Source of the DNA: Octopus sinensis
Lineage: Eukaryota
Assembly (NCBI RefSeq): GCF_006345805.1
Contig: NW_021829301.1
Span: 1 to 6,507, forward strand
Length of the DNA stretch: 6,507 bases
Direction: 5' to 3'
Shown: piece after piece, positions 1 to 6,185 of the stretch
How positions within the stretch are numbered: position 1 is the stretch's first letter
Layout of the letters: each line of letters starts with the position of its first letter
The notes under the pieces: generated by a model
Database searches by the model: none
Seen by the model: the letters and a program-made list of their open reading frames with translations, nothing else
What the model was told of the DNA's origin: nothing
Position numbers and translations under genes: made by a program

Positions 1-30
1 TTAGAGGAGTTAAGTCGATTACATCAACCC
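1..30 (-). mobile_element. Fragment of SINE family 1 (tail-A type body), cut by the window edge and joined to the next copy
   Basis: ggagttaagtcgattacatcaaccc matches ggattaagtcgattacatcgaccc in the copies at 191-374 and 375-558. Confidence 0.7.
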
Positions 31-190
31 CTTTCTACTATAGGCACAAGGCTTGAAATTTGGTGGGAGGGGACCAGTCAATTACACTGACCCCTGTGCA
101 TAACTGGTAGTTATTTCATTGACCTCTGAAACGATGAAAGGCAAAAGTCAACCTCAGTAGAATTTGAACTCAGAACGTAAAGACAGACTA
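30..190 (-). mobile_element. SINE family 1, tail-B type, head truncated (B box only)
   Basis: The minus-strand B box AGTTCAAATTC (plus 160-170) is followed by the shared core GCCTTTCATC..TCAATGAAATAACTACCAG. The tail CAAGCCTTGTGCCTATAGTAGAAAG is shared with copies 666-878, 936-1151 and 6186-6366. Confidence 0.85.
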
Positions 191-374
191 AATACCTATT
201 TCTTTACTATCCACAAGGGGCTAAACACAGAGGGGACAAACAAGGACAGACAGATGGATTAAGTCGATTACATCGACCCCAGTGTGTAACTGGTACTTAA
301 TTTATCGACCCCGAAAGGATGAAAGGCAAAGTTGACCTCGGTGGAATTTGAACTCAGAATATAGCAGCAGCCGA
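191..374 (-). mobile_element. SINE family 1, tail-A type, 184-bp tandem unit (no A box)
   Basis: Near-identical to 375-558. B box at plus 344-354; core GCCTTTCATCCTTTCGGGGTCGATAAATTAAGTACCAG, which resembles the Meta/Sauria-type SINE central domain (from recall). Tail ...CCCCTTGTGGATAGTAAAGAAATAG. Confidence 0.9.
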
Positions 375-613
375 AATACCTATTTCTTTACTACCCACAA
401 GGGGCTAAACACAGAGGAGACAAACAAGGACAGACAGATGGATTAAGTCGATTACATCGACCCCAGTGTGTAACTGGTACTTAATTTATCGACCCCGAAA
501 GGATGGAAGGCAAAGTCGACCTCAGCGGAATTTGAACTCAGAACGTAACGGCAGATGAAATACGGCTATGTATTTCGCCCGGCCTGCTAACATTTCTGCC
601 AGCTCACCGCCTT
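375..613 (-). mobile_element. SINE family 1, tail-A type, full length with tRNA-like head
   Basis: Minus strand starts AAGGCGGTGAGCTGGCAGAAATGT with an A-box-like motif at plus 590-601. A hairpin GAAATAC/GTATTTC lies at 557-576 and the B box at 528-538. Core and tail are as in 191-374. Confidence 0.9.
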
Positions 614-665
614 AATAATAATAATAATAATAATAATAAAATATAATAATAATAATAATAATAAT
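613..665. repeat. (TAA)n microsatellite
   Basis: Direct reading; one interruption (aaaatat). Confidence 0.95.
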
Positions 666-878
666 CCTTTCTAGTATAGGCATGAGGCCTGGAATTTTGG
701 GTGAGGGGGTAGGTTGATTACATTGACCTCAGTACTCAACTGGTACTTAATTTATCGACCCCCAAAAAGATGAAAGGCAAAGTCGATCTCAGCGGAATTT
801 AAACTCAGAACATAAAAATGCATGAAATACCGCTTAATTCACCCGGCACTCCAATGATTCTACCTGTTCACCACCATC
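666..878 (-). mobile_element. SINE family 1, tail-B type, near full length, diverged
   Basis: Contains the tail cctttctagtataggcatgaggcctggaatttt, the core aactggtacttaatttatcgacccc..gatgaaaggcaaagtcg, a B box (ggaatttaaactc) and a degenerate head ending at ccaccat. Confidence 0.85.
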
Positions 879-935
879 AATAATAATAATAATAATAATA
901 ATGATGATAATAATAATAATAATAATAATAATAAT
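879..935. repeat. (TAA)n microsatellite with TGA variants
   Basis: Direct reading. Confidence 0.95.
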
Positions 936-1151
936 CCTTTCTACTATAGGCACAAGGCCTGAAATTTTAAGGGGAAGGAACTAGTCAATTACAATGACCC
1001 CAATGCATAACTGGTAGTTATTTCATCAACGCCCTAAAAGATGAAAGGCAAGGTAAATGCTGGCAGAATTTGAACTCAGAACGTATGGATGAGCAAAATG
1101 CCAGTAATAATTTTGCCTGGCATGCTAATGATTCTGCCAGCATGCCGCCTT
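936..1151 (-). mobile_element. SINE family 1, tail-B type, full length
   Basis: Contains the tail cctttctactataggcacaaggcctgaaatttt, the core, the B box gaatttgaactc, and a head ending tctgccagcatgccgcctt like 596-613. Confidence 0.85.
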
Positions 1152-1170
1152 AATAATAGTAATAATAATA

Positions 1171-1200
<30 letters not shown>
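1151..1200. repeat. (TAA)n microsatellite, imperfect
   Basis: Direct reading. Confidence 0.9.
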
Positions 1201-1201
<1 letters not shown>

Positions 1202-1454
1202 CTTTCAAATTTGATTTATCTGGAAGACAGATGGAGAGAGAGTCAGTCCCATAGTATATTCATTTTGTATTTCATTTTTTTATTAATTTTATTAATTCGT
1301 GTTTTTTTTCCACTCAGATTTAGATTCTTGTGAAAGTGAGAAGGTTATATTCAGCCTCTTGAACCCACTCCACCATGACCACCACAACCTAATTCAATGA
1401 TTAAAACCACTGGACTGTTTAATTACATTCATACTTGAAAACAAACTTAGCAGC

Positions 1455-1561
1455 ATGTATATGGCTGTGTATGTTTATGTGTGCAAGTATATACACACAT
1501 ATGTATATGTATATTTGTGTGTGTGAGATGCATATGCATATATATACACACACACACATAT

Positions 1562-1606
<45 letters not shown>

Positions 1607-1917
1607 ATAATATATATAATATATATTATATATATATATATACATACATATACCATACATATATATATACATATACATATACATACATATATACACACAC
1701 ACACACATATATATATACATACCTATACATACACACACACACATATATATATATATGTATATATACATATATATACATATATATATACATATATATACAT
1801 ATACATATATATACATACACACACACACACATATATAAATATACATATATATATAGATTATACATACATATATATCCATATATATATGTACATATATATA
1901 TATATATATACATACAC

Positions 1918-1948
<31 letters not shown>

Positions 1949-2035
1949 GACATATAGATATACATATATATACAAATACATACATATACATACAAATATA
2001 TACATATATATATCACCACATGACTGTGTGTATAT
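1455..2035. repeat. Compound (TA)n/(CA)n/(TACA)n microsatellite tract
   Basis: Nearly strict purine-pyrimidine alternation over about 580 bp; it generates the Y/I/H/T/M/C/V pseudo-ORFs in the track. Confidence 0.95.
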
Positions 2036-2037
2036 GT

Positions 2038-2416
2038 ATTCTTTTATTCTTTCACTTGTTTCCATTATGTGACTGTGGCCATGCTGGGGCACCTCCTTGA
2101 AGAGTTTCAGTCAAATTGACCCCAGGACATAATATTCTTAAGCTAAGTACTTATTCAATTGTCTCTTTTGCTGAACCACTAAGTTATGATGATGTAAACA
2201 CATCAACACCAGCTGTCAGGCAGTGATGGGACACACACGCACACACACATAAATACATAGACAACAGGCTTCTTTCAGTTTCCATCTACCAAACCCAGTG
2301 ACAAGGCTTTCGTGAGCCTGAAGCTATAGTAGAAAAGCCTTGCCTTGCAGTGAGATTGAACTCAGAACAATGTGGTAATGAAGAAAGCTTCTTACCACAC
2401 AACCATGCCTATGCCT
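2038..2416 (-). mobile_element. SINE family 2 (tRNA-derived, probably octopus CORE/OR-type) with internal (CA)n spacer
   Basis: Minus-strand head AGGCATAGGCATGGTTGTGTGGTAAG (A-box-like, plus 2391-2405) and B box GAGTTCAATCTC (plus 2352-2363). The body has TTCTACTATAGC..GGTAGATGGAAACTGAAAGAAGCC, a (CA)n at 2231-2250, and the tail GCCCCAGCATGGCCACAGTC..GAATAAAAGAAT. Family name is from recall. Confidence 0.75.
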
Positions 2417-2439
2417 CTAGAAATATATATATACAGTAT

Positions 2440-2608
2440 ATTCTTTTATTTGTTTTAGGCATTTGACTGTGTCCATGCTGGAGCACTGTCTCAAATGGAT
2501 TTCAGTCAAAGAAATCAACCCTAGGACTTATTCTTTGTAACCCTAGTACTTATTCTATCAGTCTCTTTTGCTGAACCACTAAGTTACAGGGATGTAAACA
2601 AATCAACA
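2440..2608 (-). mobile_element. 5'-truncated copy of SINE family 2 (3' half)
   Basis: Aligns to ~2038-2205; the 26-mer gtctcttttgctgaaccactaagtta is identical at 2161-2186 and 2561-2586. Confidence 0.85.
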
Positions 2609-2652
2609 TGTAGCCTATTTCCAATCAAAGTAATATGGAGGTATGATATCTA

Positions 2653-2814
2653 CTATGTATATCTCCTATTTAGTATTGGGGAAGTTTCATTTATAAGGAC
2701 GTACTCCCGTATTTGTCTGAGTGTTGGGTCTTTTGGGTGCTTGGATAAGATGAGGATGTCAAGTTGACCAAAGTTGTCTCCATACCCACATTTTACACAG
2801 GTAGAGTAGAATAG
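2653..2814 (-). pseudogene. Decayed C-terminal fragment of a GIY-YIG endonuclease, Penelope-like retroelement type
   Basis: Stop-to-stop 53-aa frame LFYSTCVKCGYGDNFGQLDILILSKHPKDPTLRQIREYVLINETSPILNRRYT*. It carries the IL..xxD..R.I.E...I....P.LN pattern, including the conserved Glu and Asn of the GIY-YIG C-terminal half. No Met and no N-terminal GIY/YIG motifs. Confidence 0.6.
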
Positions 2815-2830
2815 TTAGTGGGCTCTTATG

Positions 2831-3216
2831 TAGATAGATGTATGTATGTGTGTGTGTGTGTATGCACATGTATGTATGCATATGGATATGACAATAAACA
2901 GATCAACAGACAGACGGAAAGGTACATAGGTGATATGAACAGACAAGCACACATACGCAAATGGAGACTGAAACACATGACCATATATACACACACACTT
3001 TACTCCACACAAGGACATATATGGAGACAAGGGTCCACACATAGAGAAGCACATCCATACATACAAACATGGTACATAGTTGCATAACACACACAGACAT
3101 GCACACAAGAGGAGACAGAGGTGCATACATATACAAACACACGCTTACACACGCATACATAGAAAATACACAAACACGGACATGCAAGCACATAAATATG
3201 CACACACATACATACA

Positions 3217-3247
<31 letters not shown>

Positions 3248-3310
3248 CATACGTATATGCATGCATGCATAGGCACACATACACACACTGATTCACACAC
3301 ATTCGCACAA
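2831..3310. repeat. Degenerate (TG)n/(CA)n/(TACA)n low-complexity tract
   Basis: Direct reading; includes a pure (TACA)n run at about 3219-3251. Confidence 0.9.
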
Positions 3311-3648
3311 ACAAACAAAAAGGAACGCAGTGTAAATAATGGACAGAGTCAAAACTATTGAAAAGGTTGCAAGACGCAACGAAAATTTTAGGAAAATAAA
3401 AATAAGAAATAAGTGAAAATTTTACCGGTGAGTGTGTTAAATTATAGGGTACAGAAAGAAAATGACACAATAGTATATACATGGTCCCTCAACCCTTTTA
3501 TCAACCCTATTATCTCCCCTTATTTCGCTCTCGCGTCTCATGTTTGATCTTTGACCTCTGGCCGAAATCAGATCGCCATGTTGATTCGTTAGCTACTGCA
3601 CGCATTTATTTTCTCTCCTTCTTTCTGTGTTTTCTTTCTCTCTGTGTA

Positions 3649-3686
3649 TCTTTCTGTTGAAGAGCGTAGGCTCGAAACGTTAAAGA
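3649..3686 (+). ncRNA. Minimal type I hammerhead-ribozyme-like motif (Penelope pLTR type), core variant CUGUUGA
   Basis: Stem I TCTTT(3649-53)/AAAGA(3682-86); core CTGTTGA (3654-60) plus an extra A; stem II GAGC-GTAG-GCTC (3662-73); GAAA (3674-77); palindromic stem III ACGT (3677-80); putative cleavage triplet GUU (3679-81). Confidence 0.6.
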
Positions 3687-3784
3687 CTTGTTTTATTTAT
3701 ATTTCCTGAGCGCCATACTAATACAATTGTTCGTTTGTTTTCCACCTGCCTTCGTCTTTTGTTTATTTTCATAAAGCTTCCCGT

Positions 3785-3826
3785 TATATATATATATATA
3801 TATACATATATATGTATATACATATA
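3785..3826. repeat. (TA)n microsatellite
   Basis: Direct reading. Confidence 0.95.
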
Positions 3827-4130
3827 TGTTTGTTCCTTCTCAAGCCACACCTGGCTCATAAGGGCCGATTTCCCAGTTTCCTTGGCGTATAGGTTCCCCA
3901 CCTAGACGGGACACCAATCCATTTGCAGGTGAGCTGCAAGATGCAGGAGGAAAGAGTGAGAGAAAGTTGTGGCGAAAGAGTCAGCAGAAGTTCACCATTA
4001 CCTTCTACCGGAGCCATGTGGAGCGTAGGTGTTTCACTCACAGACACACACTTTGCCTGGTCTGAGATTCGAATCCACGATCCTTCGACTGCGAATTCGC
4101 TGCTCTAACCACTAGGCCATGTGCCTCCAC
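3827..4130 (-). mobile_element. SINE family 3: full-length tRNA-derived SINE with V-SINE-like 3' domain
   Basis: Minus strand GTGGAGGCACATGGCCTAGTGGTTAGAGC has a canonical A box TGGCCTAGTGG (plus 4109-4119) and B box GGATTCGAATC (plus 4066-4076). The 3' part CCTGCAAATGGATTGGTGTCCCGTCTAGG resembles the recalled V-domain, and the element ends GAGAAGGAACAAACA before (TA)n. Confidence 0.85.
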
Positions 4131-4188
4131 TATATACACACATATATATATCTGTAAATGTAATATGTGTCAATTAATCGGTAGCCAA

Positions 4189-4249
4189 GATAAAACTCCA
4201 AGTTTCGGATGCTGAGGTGGAAATCTACGCCACCATCGCTTCAGTTATC
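4189..4249 (-). ncRNA. Degenerate type I hammerhead-like motif
   Basis: Minus strand: stem I GATAA(4249-45)/TTATC(4193-89); core CTGAAGC (A9>C); stem II GATG+GTGG/CCAC+CATC with a 5-nt bulge and one unpaired C; GAAA (4206-03); short stem III AC-TTGGA-GT; triplet GUU. Confidence 0.4.
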
Positions 4250-4270
4250 CGGCCATCAGATTTCCACCTC
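4214..4270. repeat. Perfect 13-bp inverted repeat with 31-nt spacer
   Basis: gaggtggaaatct (4214-4226) is the reverse complement of agatttccacctc (4258-4270). Confidence 0.95.
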
Positions 4271-4308
4271 GAAGAATAAAAAAATGAAGAAAAGATAAAG
4301 AAGATTAC

Positions 4309-4464
4309 ATTATAGAAAGCTGGGCCCAGAGTTGTGTCTCTCTTTGGAGGTTCCTGCTTCTTCAATGCACCGTCTTCTGTTTCTTCGTAACCATAGGCCA
4401 ACCCAGGGAATGGTATGGATGGTGCTTCCGCTTTGTGGTAAAATTTCAGTTTGCTGTTGATGAG
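4309..4464 (-). CDS. STPG2: Internal coding exon (156 nt, phase 0-0) of a sperm-tail PG-rich repeat protein 2-like gene
   Basis: Translates to LINSKLKFYHKAEAPSIPFPGLAYGYEETEDGALKKQEPPKRDTTLGPAFYN, matching the APSIP..YGY...DG......P..D.TLGPAYY segment I recall for STPG2. It is preceded by a long pyrimidine tract and tttAG (4466-4465) and followed by GTAATC (4308-4303). Confidence 0.75.
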
Positions 4465-4504
4465 CTAAAGGTAGACAGAGAGAAAGAAAAGAGTAAGTCG
4501 TGAG
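4465..4504 (-). promoter_or_regulatory. 3' splice site: branch-point candidates, polypyrimidine tract, AG
   Basis: Minus strand CTCACGACTTACTCTTTTCTTTCTCTCTGTCTACCTTTAG; yUnAy motifs CTCAC (A at 4501) and CTTAC (A at 4494). Confidence 0.75.
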
Positions 4505-4517
4505 AGGAGCAGACATC

Positions 4518-4553
<36 letters not shown>

Positions 4554-4566
4554 TAATAACAATAAC

Positions 4567-4616
<50 letters not shown>
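4518..4616. repeat. (TAA)n microsatellite, about 33 units, 5' flank of the LINE
   Basis: Direct reading. Confidence 0.95.
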
Positions 4617-4617
<1 letters not shown>

Positions 4618-5308
4618 GGTCTTAGCACCAGTGGAGTATAAATTAAGACATGACAGAGTTGGTCAATATCTACACTGGCTAATAAGTCGGCATTACAATA
4701 TCAAAACTGCCGACAAGTGGTATAATCACCACCCTGAGGCTGTAACTGAAGGAGAAAATGTAACCATTCTGTGGGACTTTCCAGTACATACAGACCGAAC
4801 CATCAAGGCAAATAAACCAGATATTGTTGTGAAAGACCAAAACAATAAAGTTTGCTTATTGATCGACATGAGCATCCCCTGTGATCATAATATCTCAGCG
4901 AAAGAGTTTGACAAGCTCAGCTCAAAAATATAAAGACCTACTCATTGAAATTGAGAAAAATGTGGCATCTCAAGCGGTTACAATACCAGTGATCGTAGGA
5001 GCACTAGGAATGATCAAGAAGGGAACCGAAAATTATATGAAATGATCCCTGGCTTACCATCCCTGCAAGAAGTCCAAAAGATTGTCTTAACTGGTACATC
5101 ACACGTATTGAGAAGAGCATTGTCGATGTGAGAACTGTTGCTGCTCATGTATTTTAATTTAACTTAAAAAAAAAAAAAAAAAAAAGTGAACGAACTATTG
5201 AGTTTGGTTTAATGGCCTACCAATGTATACTATGAGTTTCTTTGCCCTAGGAGTCGGGAAGACACTCGGCAAAAAATGGAAGCAAATTTGAAAGAAGAAA
5301 AAAAAAAA
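4617..5308 (+). mobile_element. 5'-truncated non-LTR retrotransposon with restriction-like endonuclease (R4/Dong clade likely): RLE domain, 3' UTR, A-tail
   Basis: Reconstructed protein LAPVEYKLRHDRV..LHW..KWY.H.P..ILWDFPVHTDRTIKANKPDIVV..LLID..P.D.N...KEFDKLS/KYKDL..EIEK/MWHLK/VTIPVIVGALG../..LRRALSM* (stop 5129-5131). It has RHD, KPD..D and KxxKY motifs and four frameshifts (~4922, ~4959, ~4975, ~5041). The 3' UTR has A20 (5166-5185) and ends in A11 (5298-5308) running into (TAA)n. Confidence 0.85.
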
Positions 5309-5336
5309 TAATAATAATAATGATGATCATAATAAT
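5309..5336. repeat. (TAA)n/(TGA) tract, 3' flank of the LINE
   Basis: Direct reading. Confidence 0.85.
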
Positions 5337-5342
5337 GGGTTG

Positions 5343-5524
5343 AAATATTGTTCATTCAATAACAGTCGCACTCTTATTGTTTCTTTACTTTCTGGAGGAG
5401 TAAAATCATTCCTAAAATATTACCAAAATGAAGATTGAGATGTTTATCTTGAAATTGTGAAAGAAACACAAAATGGCAAAATATTGTTCATTCGATAACA
5501 GTGGCACTCTTTTTATTGTTTCTT
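5343..5524 (+). repeat. Imperfect direct repeat, 43 and 46 bp (5343-5385, 5479-5524)
   Basis: aaatattgttcattc(a/g)ataacagt(c/g)gcactctt(ttt)attgtttctt: 2 substitutions and one 3-nt T-run difference. Confidence 0.9.
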
Positions 5525-5543
5525 CAACAACAATGACAATAAC

Positions 5544-5575
<32 letters not shown>

Positions 5576-5579
5576 TAAC

Positions 5580-5613
<34 letters not shown>
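5525..5613. repeat. (CAA)/(TAA)n microsatellite
   Basis: Direct reading. Confidence 0.95.
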
Positions 5614-5616
<3 letters not shown>

Positions 5617-6170
5617 GCTCTGATGCAGTACCAGGCACTGGCTCTCGTGGCTTCTGGTCTTAAATGATTGGAAGTGTTATCATGTACATTGTTTTGTCTT
5701 GGTATAAAAGATGGGCTACAGCAAATATTCTGCTCAATACCACAGATTTGCTTGTCAGTTGTTTGACCTTAACCAGTTGATTATGTCCCTTAGTGGCTGA
5801 CAATATGTGCATCTCTGATCACGAGCAGAAGTTGTGGGGGAGCATCATGGCCATGTGTTGAGAGGGATTCTTAGAAATTTGGATAATTCACCTTTGAAAA
5901 CATGGGTGGTTCGTTCAACATTCTTAAATAATCCTTATTCAGGGACCTTTTGAGTGGGATGGGCTCCTTGACCAGAAGAAAATTCTAACTGGGCCCCACC
6001 TGCAAGGTCATGCGCTGTTTATCTTGATATGAGATCACCATGTGGTGCACATGTTGTTGTGATGCATGTGCCTGATGTACCCTTATTACAAGGGTAGTCA
6101 TGATGGGTATATTGGGCTTCGTATATTTTACCCCAATGTCACTTTGATGGCATGCACTGCTCTCCCACTC
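5614..6170. mobile_element. Unclassified ~555-bp non-coding interspersed element flanked by (AAT)n on both sides
   Basis: Sharp boundaries against (AAT)n at 5613 and 6171, higher GC and complexity than the flanks, no credible ORF, and no A/B boxes or terminal inverted repeats seen. Its resemblance to an abundant octopus repeat is from recall only. Confidence 0.55.
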
Positions 6171-6185
6171 AATAATAATAATAAT
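6171..6185. repeat. (AAT)5
   Basis: Direct reading; shared flank of two elements. Confidence 0.9.

Noticed and set aside
160-560. CRISPR-like regularly spaced repeats
   Set aside because: The whole 184-bp unit is repeated with no unique spacers; eukaryotic SINE array.
1300-1345. Plus-strand acceptor-like ttttttttccactcag with nearby GTGAG
   Set aside because: It would give an 18-nt exon on the strand opposite the host gene, with no supporting coding signal.
1435-2100. Five overlapping ORFs of 85-221 aa
   Set aside because: They are translations of TA/CA microsatellite, which lacks stop codons in all frames; Y/I/H/T/M/C/V only.
2815-3482. Six ORFs on both strands
   Set aside because: Low-complexity CA/TG/TACA tract with no domain-like sequence.
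4021-4029. 9-mer gagcgtagg shared with hammerhead stem II (3662-3670)
   Set aside because: Too short, with no flanking similarity and no gctc/GAAA; coincidence.
3680-4108. ORFs 3680-3901, 3856-4047, 3923-4108
   Set aside because: They fall within SINE family 3 and (TA)n; incidental.
4055-4130. Functional tRNA gene
   Set aside because: A and B boxes are good, but the acceptor and anticodon stems do not pair convincingly and the sequence continues into a SINE body and tail.
4310-4519. 69-aa minus ORF MMSAPLTT...
   Set aside because: Wrong frame: it runs through the polypyrimidine tract, and the protein-like reading is the adjacent frame bounded by AG/GT.
4446-4628. Poly-Leu/Tyr ORF
   Set aside because: (TTA)n microsatellite translation.
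5386-5478. Possible minus-strand micro-exons (AG..GTAATA, AG..GTAAAG)
   Set aside because: Weak acceptors and no protein similarity I can recognise; such motifs are frequent in AT-rich DNA.
5473-5667. Poly-Ile ORF
   Set aside because: (ATA)n microsatellite translation.
5630-5677. HDV-like ribozyme pseudoknot at the start of the 555-bp element (ACCAGG/TCTGGT, CACT/AGTG, GGC-TCTCGTG-GCT)
   Set aside because: No G at +1, no GG for P1.1, no P4, and no catalytic C in J4/2; the short pairings are compatible with chance.
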